From Candidatus Woesearchaeota archaeon (GTDB taxonomy: Archaea > Nanobdellota > Nanobdellia > Woesearchaeales > GW2011-AR9), in assembly GCA_018696595.1 (NCBI GenBank), contig JABHQW010000005.1, positions 1 to 64,000 of the forward strand: 64,000 nucleotides of DNA, read 5' to 3'. Shown one piece after another: positions 46,770 to 57,214 of this stretch; the stretch's first letter is position 1, and each line of letters opens with the position of its first letter. Made by a program: the position numbers and the translations under genes. Under the pieces are notes generated by a model. The model saw nothing but the letters and a program-made list of their open reading frames with translations. It ran no database searches and was not told where the DNA came from.

Positions 46770-47087
46770 TCACATTCCCATGAAAGTTCCAATAATCCCA
46801 AGCACTATAACAAAACAAAGAAAGAACATAACCACTGAGCTAATAACAATTCCAACAATGGCATAATTACTTCTCTCTTTCTGAACACGACTGATTATTC
46901 CAAATACTAGCCCTAAAATAGAAGCGGCTATAACAATAAAGAAGAATAAGAGAATGAATATGTCTAAAAACGAATCTTCTAAAGGTGCAATATAAGACAA
47001 TATTAAGTAAATAAAAAGGTTGACAAAGCTAACAATAGAAGATATAAAACTTATCCCGCCAAAAATATTTTTCTTTTTTTTACTCAT
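46770..47087 (-). CDS. Small membrane protein (DUF4190-like)
   Basis: Three TM segments, LGLVFGIISR..YAIVGIVIS. Confidence 0.6.
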   Translation of the reverse strand: MSKKKKNIFGGISFISSIVSFVNLFIYLILSYIAPLEDSFLDIFILLFFFIVIAASILGLVFGIISRVQKERSNYAIVGIVISSVVMFFLCFVIVLGIIGTFMGM

Positions 47088-47193
47088 AAGTTATAGTAAA
47101 TACTCTTGTTCTTTTAATATTTTTGGTTTTTATTAAACCCAAACTATAAACACATCAAAAACATTTATAAAAACAAATATAATCCTCAATCTA

Positions 47194-48642
47194 ATGGCAA
47201 AGAAAGATCAGAAAGGATTAACTGTAAAGAAAGAAGATTTCAATGAATGGTATCCGCAAGTTATTCAAAAAGCGGACTTAGCAGATTATTCATCCGTCTC
47301 TGGATGTATTGTTTACAAGCCCAATTCATATGCTATCTGGGAAAAGATCAAAGAAGTTACTGACAAGAAATTTAAAGCAGTTGGTATTAAAAATGCCTAT
47401 TTCCCATTATTAATCCCAGAATCATTATTACAAAAAGAAGCTAACCATATTGAAGGATTTGCCCCCGAAGTTGCGTGGGTAACTCATGCTGGCAATTCTA
47501 AATTGGCTGAACGCTTAGCAATTAGACCAACATCTGAAACAATCATGTACGATTCATATTCCAAGTGGATTCGTTCATACAATGATTTACCTCTTCGTAT
47601 TAACCAATGGAATAACGTTGTTAGATGGGAATTTAAACATCCAACACCATTCTTAAGAGGAAGAGAATTTTTATGGAACGAAGGACACACTTGTTTCGCT
47701 ACAAAAAAAGAAGCAGAAGCAGAAGGGCCAGAAATAATTGGAATTTATGATGATGTTTGTAAAGATTACTTAGCAATGCCTTCTTTGATTGGAAGAAAAT
47801 CTGAGAAAGAAAAGTTTGCTGGTGCTGAATATACAACAAGTTTAGAATTTATTATGCCTAACGGAAAATCTATTCAAGGACCTGATTTCCATTTTGACGG
47901 GCAAAACTTTTCCAAAGCCTTTGAGATCTCTTTCACCAACGAAAAAGGAGAAAAAGATTATGTTTGGCAAAATACATGGGCAATTTCTACCAGAATGATT
48001 GGCGTTTTAATCGCTATGCATGGAGACGATAAAGGATTAGTAATCCCACCAAAATTAGCAATAACTCAAGCAGTAATTGTTCCAATTTTATTTGAAGATT
48101 CTAAAAAAGATGTTTTAAAGAAAGCTAAAGACATCAAAAAAAGTTTAGAAAAAAAAGGAATTTCAGTTTACTTAGATGATCGTGAAAATTATAGTCCTGG
48201 TTGGAAATTTAACGAATGGGAAATGAAAGGCGTTCCCGTTAGGATTGAAATTGGACCAAGAGATTTAGAGAAACATCAAGCGATGGTCGCACGTAGAGAT
48301 ACTTCTGAGAAACAAGCTTTAGAATTAACTGCTATCGCTGATGAAGTTAGAATTTTATTAGATGACATTCATAAAAATTTATTTGATAAAGCTCAAAAAG
48401 TTTTGGATAACTGTATTGTTAAAGTGGATAATCTTAAAGATGCTAAGAAAGCTTTCAAGGACAAGAAAATTGCTTTTGCACCTTGGTGTGGTTCTGTTCC
48501 TTGTGAAGATATTTTCAAAGAAAAAAGCGGAGCCAAATCATTAAATTCTCCAGAAGAACAACCTAAACTTAAGAAAGGACAGAAATGTTCATTCTGTAAA
48601 GAAGAAGCCAAGTATTGGTTTCATTTTGGAAAAAGTTATTAA
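47194..48642 (+). CDS. proS: Prolyl-tRNA synthetase (archaeal/eukaryotic type)
   Basis: FNEWYPQV, IRPTSET, FLRGREFLWNEGHT, QNTWAISTR, C-terminal Zn-binding Cys. Confidence 0.97.
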   Translation: MAKKDQKGLTVKKEDFNEWYPQVIQKADLADYSSVSGCIVYKPNSYAIWEKIKEVTDKKFKAVGIKNAYFPLLIPESLLQKEANHIEGFAPEVAWVTHAGNSKLAERLAIRPTSETIMYDSYSKWIRSYNDLPLRINQWNNVVRWEFKHPTPFLRGREFLWNEGHTCFATKKEAEAEGPEIIGIYDDVCKDYLAMPSLIGRKSEKEKFAGAEYTTSLEFIMPNGKSIQGPDFHFDGQNFSKAFEISFTNEKGEKDYVWQNTWAISTRMIGVLIAMHGDDKGLVIPPKLAITQAVIVPILFEDSKKDVLKKAKDIKKSLEKKGISVYLDDRENYSPGWKFNEWEMKGVPVRIEIGPRDLEKHQAMVARRDTSEKQALELTAIADEVRILLDDIHKNLFDKAQKVLDNCIVKVDNLKDAKKAFKDKKIAFAPWCGSVPCEDIFKEKSGAKSLNSPEEQPKLKKGQKCSFCKEEAKYWFHFGKSY

Positions 48643-49115
48643 TCCTTGGAAACCCCATTTAAGCTTTCAAACATCTTTCTTTTTTGTGTTTCTTGGTCAA
48701 ATCCTAGTTCTTCCCATAAAGGATTGTATAACCCATTAGAAACATTTGGACGAATAACTTTACGAGTGACATTACGACCTTTAAGTTCTTGTGCGATTAA
48801 ATCAGCAAAAGTATCTGCGACGTCAACAGGAACAGGTCCAAAAGTTTCATTCGCACTATAAAAATGAATAAAACAATTCTGATCTTCAACCTGGCGAGGT
48901 TGTGGACCTTCAAAGCTCCAAGATCGAGAAACTGCAACAAAATATTTTCCACCACCAACGACCATTTGATTATTTATCAAACAATCTTTTGGGATGTCAT
49001 TTCGAAGATAAAGAAAGAGATCATTTTTATGACCCAGAGTTACCAAGAATCTGTTGTTTCCCAATAATTCATGACAAAAGTTCTTTTCTCCAAGATGATA
49101 TTCTAAATTTGACAT
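48639..49115 (-). CDS. Hypothetical protein (158 aa)
   Basis: ORF with upstream TATA; converges on proS. Confidence 0.55.
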   Translation of the reverse strand: MSNLEYHLGEKNFCHELLGNNRFLVTLGHKNDLFLYLRNDIPKDCLINNQMVVGGGKYFVAVSRSWSFEGPQPRQVEDQNCFIHFYSANETFGPVPVDVADTFADLIAQELKGRNVTRKVIRPNVSNGLYNPLWEELGFDQETQKRKMFESLNGVSKD

Positions 49116-49218
49116 TTTGGTTATAATTTGGTGATTTATTTAAAAATAATTTGGTTGTTAAGAACAATGATAGATTCAAACCACTACATTTATATTCTTA
49201 AAAGTTATGGTTCTATAG

Positions 49219-50364
49219 ATGTCGTTAAAAAAAGAGGTAATTGTACTTAGTGATATAGAAATGGGTGCAGGCAATCTTACAGATGATTTTATTAGTGATA
49301 GACTATTAGCAGAATTAATTGTAGAGTTAAGTAATCGCCCACACCCTGTTGATTTAATCTTTAACGGAGATAGTTTTGACTTCCTTAAATGCCCCTCTTT
49401 CCAAACCAACCAATTAGTTTATCACAGACACATTACAGAAAAAGTTTCATTAAATAAATTAAATCTTATTTATCATGCGCACAATAAAGTTTTTAGGGCG
49501 TTAAAGAAATTTTGTAAAACAAAAAAACACAGATTAATATTTACAATTGGAAATCATGATATGGATTTAGTTTACAAAGGAGTACAAAACAAAATAAAAG
49601 AGTATTTAGGGAAACCAAAAAATGTTTATTTCAAAGAAAAGTATCGTTACAAAAATATTTATGTTGAACACGGACAACAGTATGATTTCTTAACAAGAAT
49701 AAATTTTGACAAACTGTTTCTTTCATATAAAGGAGATACAATATTAAATCAATCATTCGTCTCATTTGGGATTATTAGCAGAGCCATGGAACTTAAAGAG
49801 AACCACCCATTTATGGAAAGGATTTTTCCTAGAAAACAGTTATTAAAGTTACATCGTTCTGCAATCAAAAAAATAACCAGAAGAACTGTTGGCTATTTTT
49901 TAAAGAGCATGTTATATTATCCAATACGTTATTATTATGATCCCACTTATACCTATCCTCGAGAATTGTTTAGAGAATTGTATTTAAGATTAAAGAATGT
50001 TCATTGGGACGTTGATAAAGTAATCCCCACATTTAAAAGAAAGAAAAGACGTTCATTAAAGCAAGGAAAAATTTTCATTTTGGGACATATTCATGAAAAA
50101 CATATTGAAGATCATAAGGGAGTTGTTATTGTTCATCCCGGAAGTTGGAGAGATGAATATGATTTAGATATGAACACAAGAAAACTAACATCACGATTAA
50201 AAAGATATGTTCAAGTTCTTGTCACAGATGAAGGAACGGAATATCAAGTGATAGATGTTCCAGTAGATAGAAGTTTTTTTAATTTTGATAAAGTTATTAA
50301 GAATGAAGTTAAGTATGTTATGCTGGCTGCTAAAGAAGAACGGTTTACTCCTGCTTTAGTTTAA
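49219..50364 (+). CDS. Calcineurin-like metallophosphoesterase
   Basis: LSDIEMG, NGDSFD, IGNHD, EHGQQYD, LGHIH. Confidence 0.8.
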   Translation: MSLKKEVIVLSDIEMGAGNLTDDFISDRLLAELIVELSNRPHPVDLIFNGDSFDFLKCPSFQTNQLVYHRHITEKVSLNKLNLIYHAHNKVFRALKKFCKTKKHRLIFTIGNHDMDLVYKGVQNKIKEYLGKPKNVYFKEKYRYKNIYVEHGQQYDFLTRINFDKLFLSYKGDTILNQSFVSFGIISRAMELKENHPFMERIFPRKQLLKLHRSAIKKITRRTVGYFLKSMLYYPIRYYYDPTYTYPRELFRELYLRLKNVHWDVDKVIPTFKRKKRRSLKQGKIFILGHIHEKHIEDHKGVVIVHPGSWRDEYDLDMNTRKLTSRLKRYVQVLVTDEGTEYQVIDVPVDRSFFNFDKVIKNEVKYVMLAAKEERFTPALV

Positions 50365-50413
50365 TCCACTTAATTACACAAAATTCTTAAAGCATTAATT
50401 ATTAATAAGAAAA

Positions 50414-50743
50414 ATGGAAATTAAAAAAAAAGAGTTGCCAGCTAAAGTGATAAGAATTTCTTTATCAGAAAACAAACAAGAAGTGGGGTGGGTAAGAGTT
50501 TACTTAATTAAAAACGAATCTCACAATTGTTATTATGCTCTTATTGAGAATCTATTTGTTAATGAAGAACATCGTAGAAAAGGTTATGGCAAACAATTAA
50601 TGTTGGCAGCAATTGAAGAAGCAAAGAAACAAAAATGTACTTGGATTATTGCTAATAGCAGATATTCCAGAGAACAGATTCATCAATTCTACCAGAAACT
50701 GGGATTTGAGGATTATGGAAAAGAGTTTAAGATGGTTCTTTGA
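50414..50743 (+). CDS. GNAT acetyltransferase
   Basis: LFVNEEHRRKGYGKQLM..FYQKLGF. Confidence 0.88.
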   Translation: MEIKKKELPAKVIRISLSENKQEVGWVRVYLIKNESHNCYYALIENLFVNEEHRRKGYGKQLMLAAIEEAKKQKCTWIIANSRYSREQIHQFYQKLGFEDYGKEFKMVL

Positions 50744-50830
50744 ATAATAGTGTTTTACTACTAATTCACAATTAACAATATTTATATAGATTAGTGATTC
50801 CATTTTAATTTCGTTTAGGGGTGGTATATT

Positions 50831-51442
50831 ATTTTAGAAAAGGAAATAGATCAATTAATAGAAAAGTATTCTAGTTTCAAAGAGATTGAATCCGCAGTTC
50901 ACCAGTTTATTCTAGAAGAAAGTTCTGTTAAAACAAAAGATAATGAAAAGAAAAAGGAAAGCCCCCTGGAGAAAGAAGTTTCTAAAGAAAAGATTGAAAA
51001 TCCAATAAAAAGCAAAGTAAAAAAAGAGGACCCTGATTTAAAAGTTGATAAAAAAGAAAAAGACACAGAAGAAACAGTTACTTCAATCGATTATTCTTTA
51101 GAAGAACAGTTTTTGGCAGAGAATTTCTATAAATCTAATCTTGATTATAATAGTTTATTTTCATATTCATTTTCTGGAGTGGGTTCTAATTCTTTTGGAG
51201 AAATTTATGAAGAGAACATGGATGAAGCTACCAGTAATAATTCTGAAACAATGGATACAGAAGAAGCAAGAGAAATGCTTGTTGCGGTTCAATATGCTAA
51301 AGTTTTAGGAACAATGACTGAATTAAGTCATGAAAAAAGAAAACAATTTACTAACTGGGTAACTTTTAACAAAGACTTGATGGGATTATTTCATTCTATG
51401 TATGCAGTAACTGGTGATGTTGATTATAGTAAGAGTTTTTAG
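50831..51442 (+). CDS. Acidic/charged hypothetical protein, probable ATT start
   Basis: The track ORF 51113-51442 is open in frame back to a TAG at 50816; RBS-like GGGGTGGT lies 5 nt before the ATT at 50831. Confidence 0.55.
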   Translation: MLEKEIDQLIEKYSSFKEIESAVHQFILEESSVKTKDNEKKKESPLEKEVSKEKIENPIKSKVKKEDPDLKVDKKEKDTEETVTSIDYSLEEQFLAENFYKSNLDYNSLFSYSFSGVGSNSFGEIYEENMDEATSNNSETMDTEEAREMLVAVQYAKVLGTMTELSHEKRKQFTNWVTFNKDLMGLFHSMYAVTGDVDYSKSF

Positions 51443-51453
51443 AAACCAAATAA

Positions 51454-51585
51454 AATTGCTGTCTGCATCATCAAGTCAAAATTAAATCAATAATCTAAAT
51501 CAAGCTCGTTGCGAGGGGTTGCTCCATCCGGGAACGCAGAGCTAACAAGAAAACATAAAGAATTTTGAAGGTGCATTAAGCAATT
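51454..51585 (+). ncRNA. Putative structured RNA, possible diverged family A relative
   Basis: Basal stems AAUUGCU/AGCAAUU and UGCAUC/GGUGCA; apical AGCUC..UGCG-AGGGG..CGGG-AA-CGCA..GAGCU; linker AAGAAAACAUAAAG resembles copy 2. Confidence 0.45.
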
Positions 51586-51687
51586 CTATAAATTTAAGAA
51601 TAGGAGAGAAAAAATAAGAAAGAAAAGAAAAAATAAAAAAACTAATAATTAAACAAAATGCAAAAAAAAGCATTTTGAAAATTGTTT

Positions 51688-53592
51688 TTAGTAATTAACT
51701 AATACTTGCACATCTCTTCCAAAGATGTTCTTCAGATCTTCAAAGACTGGTTCTTTAATGAAAGCACGCTTAGGCATTTTCAAAGAAGCAAGAGCTTTCT
51801 CAAACTCTTCCAAACTAGAATCCTTTAAAGTTCCTAAACTTCCATCTTCGTTGATTTTAGCTTTCTCAATCCTCTTCTCTTTAGCATCAATGTCATGAAT
51901 TATAAAAGCAAGATCATCAAGCAAGATAACTTCCCCATACTTGTCTCCATGCTTAACTTTAATCTTAGTTCTTTCAAGTTCCCTTCCACGTTTTCTCTGC
52001 ATGTACTCAACTAAGAACCGAATTAAGCCACCAGATCCTTTTCTAGCTTTCTCAACATCTGCTTTAGTTAATTTCTTTTTATCGCTTTTCTTTTTAGCTT
52101 CAATAATCTCATTTAAATCTCTAAGATAACGAGCAGGAACTTTTCCAGTAGAGATTAGTTCATCTTCAAATAGCTTAATAATTTCTGCATCTTGAGCTTT
52201 CTCAATACCTTCTAACTTCAAGACATCTCTGATGATTGTTATGATTTCATCATAAAGAACGACTACGCTTTTCTTATCATGCATTAGTTCAATTTCTTTA
52301 AACAATTTCTTAATTCTTTCAAGATATTTTTCTGCATTCTTAATTAGCTCATCAAGTTCGGTCCCAGACAATTCTTTCTTTGTTCCATGTTCAATCTCTT
52401 TTCTAACTTGAACATTTTTCTTTAAGATTTCTACGTATTCTGGTTCCAACAACTTTTCTCTCTTCACAAAGATTTCTTCCAAAACTTCAGGTGTTTCTTT
52501 TGGCGTAGGCGGAGGAATCCCGTACAACATTAAAGCTGCTTGAGTTGGTGTTAAGATTGCATAGAATGTATCTTCCATACCCATGTCTTTCATTTTCAAT
52601 TTAATTCTTTTAACACTTTGTTCACCAGTACTCATGAACAAATCAATTGCTTCTCTGCTTGGCTTGATTCTTCCCATTCTAAGCAACTGTTTCCAAGGCA
52701 TAAAAATACCCCGATCATAAAAGGGAACTCCGTCTCTTAACAAAGTAAAGATGATTGGATTAGCATCTTTCAAAGAATCCCAGAAGTCTGTTAAAATGTA
52801 AACCTGAATGTTTAATTTGTTTTTAATCCCAGTCATTTCTCCAGCTTCTACCCCCATTCCAATAATGATTGCTCGTAATTTATCCTTCAACTCTGCTCGA
52901 GTCATTTTCTTAACATCAGTATCATCAATTACTATCCAAACATCAATGTCTGAAGTAGCAGTAGCTCTTCCTTGTGTTAAAGATCCAGCAAGAACATAAC
53001 TTAAGATATATTTATCAAACTTCTTGATAACCATGCTTTTATGAATTTCAGCAATTTTTATTGCTGCAAGCATTCCGGTATCATAAATTGGGGCTCCCAC
53101 AGAAACCATCTTGTTCATATCATACTTAGCATCATAAGAATTCTGCCAAATGTCTGTTAACAAAACACTCTGAGCTTTGATATTTTTATCGGTCTCTTCG
53201 GCGAATTTACCGATGATACTAGAAAATTTATGATGTAATTCATCTTTACTCATCTTCTTAGAAGTGGTATCATCAACAACAACTAAAACGTGAATTTCAT
53301 CAGGATTTGGTTTCTTCTCTTCTTTTTTAGTAGCTTGCGGTGCTTGTCCTTGAGGAGCTTGTGCGGGTTGTTTTGGAGGGGGTAATAATGTAATTCCCAC
53401 AATATAATCTCCAAACTTATCAACAACTTTGTCTTTAAATTTGTCTAACTTTGTTTTGAGAGCTTTAAGTTTCTTCTCCAATTCAGGAGGCAATTTTGGT
53501 GCTCCTGCAGGAAGTTGAGGTTCATTCTTTCCCTTTGCGGGTTTTACACTTTTAGGTTTAACAGATTTATTTGATTTAGTTTTTTTTGCCAT
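51688..53592 (-). CDS. Nucleotidyltransferase-domain protein (degenerate + intact Pol-beta-like domains, HEPN-like helical region)
   Basis: VLAGSLTQG..SDIDVWIVIDD; an earlier partial repeat DEIHVLVVVDD; DTFYAILTPTQAALM. Confidence 0.75.
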   Translation of the reverse strand: MAKKTKSNKSVKPKSVKPAKGKNEPQLPAGAPKLPPELEKKLKALKTKLDKFKDKVVDKFGDYIVGITLLPPPKQPAQAPQGQAPQATKKEEKKPNPDEIHVLVVVDDTTSKKMSKDELHHKFSSIIGKFAEETDKNIKAQSVLLTDIWQNSYDAKYDMNKMVSVGAPIYDTGMLAAIKIAEIHKSMVIKKFDKYILSYVLAGSLTQGRATATSDIDVWIVIDDTDVKKMTRAELKDKLRAIIIGMGVEAGEMTGIKNKLNIQVYILTDFWDSLKDANPIIFTLLRDGVPFYDRGIFMPWKQLLRMGRIKPSREAIDLFMSTGEQSVKRIKLKMKDMGMEDTFYAILTPTQAALMLYGIPPPTPKETPEVLEEIFVKREKLLEPEYVEILKKNVQVRKEIEHGTKKELSGTELDELIKNAEKYLERIKKLFKEIELMHDKKSVVVLYDEIITIIRDVLKLEGIEKAQDAEIIKLFEDELISTGKVPARYLRDLNEIIEAKKKSDKKKLTKADVEKARKGSGGLIRFLVEYMQRKRGRELERTKIKVKHGDKYGEVILLDDLAFIIHDIDAKEKRIEKAKINEDGSLGTLKDSSLEEFEKALASLKMPKRAFIKEPVFEDLKNIFGRDVQVLVNY

Positions 53593-53788
53593 TATGATAT
53601 AATCTCCATTATTTATTTAATTATACTATTTTGACTGTCACGTAATAATCAGTCTACTATGAAATATGTTTTAAAGTATTATAATTGTTTTTATAAGTGG
53701 TGAGACCCAAAAGTCATGGTTAAGTTGAATTAAACCATTCCTCTTCAGAAAAGAAATATTTAAATAGGGCTTATGTTTACTTGGAAGT

Positions 53789-54436
53789 ATGTCTGAGAAA
53801 AAAGAGAGTGCTATTGATAAACATCAAAAAGCTTACAAGAAAATCGAACCTGCTGTTGATACTACAGATCATCATCATAGGGCAGCTTATCTTCAAGCAG
53901 AGAAAAATGTTTTGATGGATGACAAAGGGGAAATTGAGTATGGTCGTTTAGATAAAGGATTCGAAAAAGATGGCAAAAAAATAAGTGCAGAAGATGCTCG
54001 TAAGCAATTTAGAGTAGAAATGAAGGATTATTATGAAACAAATGTTGTTAAAGATTCAAAACTTAAAAAAATTCTTAAAGATATGCCTAAAGAACTAAAA
54101 AGTGGTTTTTTGAAAATATTAACTGGTTATGACGAAGATACCCTAACTCAATATCATGATACTCTAGGAGGAGGGATGAAATGGGACACCTACCAAAGAG
54201 AAGTACTCCCAGGTTTTAAGCAAGAGAAAAGACAAGCGTTAGAAAAAAATACAACAGAGCACATATCTAAAGGTGACATTAGTGACATAATTGAAGAAAC
54301 AGAAATGGAAGTTCATTCAGATCCAACACTTACTGAAGCTAAAAGATTACTAGAAGCACATAGCAGAGGTAAAGGACATATTAGTGAAGACGAAGCTAGA
54401 AGAATTCTAAAAAATAAATACAAAGGCCACAAATAG
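53789..54436 (+). CDS. Hypothetical protein (215 aa)
   Basis: ORF after TTTAAATA; helical. Confidence 0.7.
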   Translation: MSEKKESAIDKHQKAYKKIEPAVDTTDHHHRAAYLQAEKNVLMDDKGEIEYGRLDKGFEKDGKKISAEDARKQFRVEMKDYYETNVVKDSKLKKILKDMPKELKSGFLKILTGYDEDTLTQYHDTLGGGMKWDTYQREVLPGFKQEKRQALEKNTTEHISKGDISDIIEETEMEVHSDPTLTEAKRLLEAHSRGKGHISEDEARRILKNKYKGHK

Positions 54437-54506
54437 TTTTTGTTGCCACTAACCAGTAATAATAAACGAAAGGTTTATAAAGAGAGTTAACCATTTATAT
54501 TAAATA

Positions 54507-56801
54507 ATGGCTAGAAATCTTGCTTTTTTTGGAGATCCGCATGGTAACTTTCAAGGCCTAGATTTAGCTGTAAAAGTAGCTAAAGATAAAGGTATTGAAA
54601 GTAGAATTTGTTTAGGAGACATCCCCTTACATTTAGTTGCAGATTTCACAAAGGACCAGGCATCTTTCTCTTCTCAATTTAGAGAACAGATGGCTAATGG
54701 CACCCCATACAGAACAGCTGTAGAAGAAGGCCTCTATAGTGATGCACAATTAGAAAGATTAGCTAATCCACATAAACAAGCATTAGAATCATTGTTAAGA
54801 CATGGAACATCAACTTATGAACTTGTTAAACAAATTGACCCAGGGTTAAAAGTTGTTGCAGGAAACCACGACATTGAAAAACCGATTAAAGAAGTTCTTG
54901 CTGAACAATTTATGGACAATGTTGCTTCTGTAGAAAATGGATTAAAAACAGTCTGGGCATCAGGAGGGGGAAGTGTTCCAGTTGGTAATGTTGGAATTAA
55001 AGAAGGGTTTATGGCAGATGACTTTGACAACAGAGTTTATCGATTTAAAGGACTAGAAAAACTATTATTACAACCACAAGGATCAACCCAAGAAGAAAAT
55101 GAGATTGATTTATTAGTTACTCACATTCCGCCAACCATTGCAGGTAATCACGCAGATTCATATTCGGAACATGTAGTAGAAATGTTAGTGCAAAGAGACC
55201 AACTAAATTTACCATTACCAAAAACAATTGTCCATGGTCATCACCACAATAGTGATGCCTTAATAGATTGGCAAAAATATAAAGACAAACATTCTGGACA
55301 AGAAGTAGAAATTCTAACCCTTTCACCAGGAATATTAGCAAGAGAAAGGAATTCCGGGTCTCATTCTAGTTTTTGTTTAACTACATTTGATGAAGATACT
55401 AAACAGTTAATTAAAGTAGACGAATATCGTATTTACAACGCACTTTCTGGAATTAAAAAAGTTGTTTTATATGGGGAACATTTAGTTAACAACGAAGATA
55501 AGAAAATTGAATTCAACCTTATTAATAGAACAATTATTAGTGAAGCAAATCGTGAGATGTTCAAAAAAAGTTTAGATTTAGACAGACATTATGAATTGGA
55601 TAGCAAAGGACTAATTACTAGTTATGAAAATATGGCTCCAGAACAATTAGATTTTACAATTAGACAAAATTTAACTATTATTAACAGAAAAACTGAAGAA
55701 GCAACTAGAACAATTAAAAACGTTTTAGATTATGTTAAAAATGAATGGATCTGTGGAAGAAATCCAGAAAGTTCTTTTACCAATCAAGAATTATTAGAAA
55801 AACAAATTGAAACTGCAGACCTACTAGGAAAAGAAGCAGCCAAGATATTTAATGTTGATTTAGCAGAAATTGATTGTACAGCCGATGAAAGAAAATGGTA
55901 TAATAGAATCTTAATGAAAACTGCTTTTGGAATTGATTTAGATGATTTACAAGAAGCCACTGACGTTAAAAATATGACCTATGAAAGTATTGCGTTTAAT
56001 TGGGGAATGAGTTTACAAAAGAAAGTTAGCCAAGAATTGGGAGGTAGAGGACAAAGTCACATCCTAAAAGACATTACAGAAGAAATGTGGATGTCTGTAG
56101 TTGATGAAGTTTATCTTCCGCAAAACTTAGAAAGAAAAACAACCCTTAATAGAAGTGAAGCGATTGGACTTTATTCAAAAGGGCTTAATCAAGGATTATT
56201 AAGTGAAGAAGATGCCCTAGATACAGGGGCTTATCAAAAAAGACCAGGATTTGTAGGCAATCAAAAAACAGTTACTGAAATAGAAGAGATGTTTGGAATT
56301 TCTAAAGAAAAAGCCGCAACTAGTTTATACAGTAACGAAATCACTGAACTAAATCAAGAAGCAGTTCCAGACTTACAAGAAAAGATTAATGCAGGATTAA
56401 AAATATTAACAAACAATTCTGGAGACTATATTCTTACACAAGAGGGAGCTAAATATTTGACTGAAGAAAGGAAATCAGAATTAGATTATGTTCCAGTAAC
56501 AATGAAAGATTTATTAGACCAAGATAAAGTCAAACTTGTTAAGATGGAAGATGATTATTTAATTAATTATGGAGAAGGTATTGTAAAAATTAATCCTGAA
56601 GAAGAAGGTATTGACCCCCAAGATTATAACACTCAACCACTATGGCAATTTACTCAACAACAACAAACAAGGCAAAGAGAACAACAAACATTAATGAATA
56701 GATTAGCTCAACAAGGACCAGCCCAACATTTGAGAGAACAAAATAATAGTGTAAATAGACCCAATCCAGAACGATTACCGTTGCCTCCAACAAGAGAATA
56801 A
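54507..56801 (+). CDS. Metallophosphoesterase with a long unknown C-terminal region
   Basis: GDPHG, LGDIP, AGNHD, THIPP, HGHHH; Gln-rich tail. Confidence 0.8.
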   Translation: MARNLAFFGDPHGNFQGLDLAVKVAKDKGIESRICLGDIPLHLVADFTKDQASFSSQFREQMANGTPYRTAVEEGLYSDAQLERLANPHKQALESLLRHGTSTYELVKQIDPGLKVVAGNHDIEKPIKEVLAEQFMDNVASVENGLKTVWASGGGSVPVGNVGIKEGFMADDFDNRVYRFKGLEKLLLQPQGSTQEENEIDLLVTHIPPTIAGNHADSYSEHVVEMLVQRDQLNLPLPKTIVHGHHHNSDALIDWQKYKDKHSGQEVEILTLSPGILARERNSGSHSSFCLTTFDEDTKQLIKVDEYRIYNALSGIKKVVLYGEHLVNNEDKKIEFNLINRTIISEANREMFKKSLDLDRHYELDSKGLITSYENMAPEQLDFTIRQNLTIINRKTEEATRTIKNVLDYVKNEWICGRNPESSFTNQELLEKQIETADLLGKEAAKIFNVDLAEIDCTADERKWYNRILMKTAFGIDLDDLQEATDVKNMTYESIAFNWGMSLQKKVSQELGGRGQSHILKDITEEMWMSVVDEVYLPQNLERKTTLNRSEAIGLYSKGLNQGLLSEEDALDTGAYQKRPGFVGNQKTVTEIEEMFGISKEKAATSLYSNEITELNQEAVPDLQEKINAGLKILTNNSGDYILTQEGAKYLTEERKSELDYVPVTMKDLLDQDKVKLVKMEDDYLINYGEGIVKINPEEEGIDPQDYNTQPLWQFTQQQQTRQREQQTLMNRLAQQGPAQHLREQNNSVNRPNPERLPLPPTRE

Positions 56802-56890
56802 GTTTTATAAACAAAAAAGTCTTTCTTACAATTATTATCAATTCAAAGAAAATAGAAAAACTTACAAAAAGCAAATAAATTTATTAAAAA

Positions 56891-57127
56891 CTAATTATTG
56901 CCAACACTTTCTTCAAACTCTTCTGCACAAGCTTCAGAACAAAAAGTATGGGGCTCACCTTCAAATTCTTTGATAAGTTTTTTCTCATTAATTGCACCAC
57001 CACACTCGGCACATTCAACAATCTTTTCTTCATCAGTGTAACCCTTCATGAAACTTTCTTCTAAATTTTCTTCCTCAGAGTAGTTCTCTTTTTTTACATT
57101 TCCTTCTTCAGCACTATATTCTTCCAT
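56891..57127 (-). CDS. TRASH/YHS-like metal-binding protein
   Basis: CAECG..FCSEAC. Confidence 0.7.
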   Translation of the reverse strand: MEEYSAEEGNVKKENYSEEENLEESFMKGYTDEEKIVECAECGGAINEKKLIKEFEGEPHTFCSEACAEEFEESVGNN

Positions 57128-57214
57128 TTTTAGGTTATTTCGGGGGTTTTGCTTTTAAAGTTTTCTATTATACTATATATACCCATATACTTTGTGAAGG
57201 GGGGCATATAAGAA

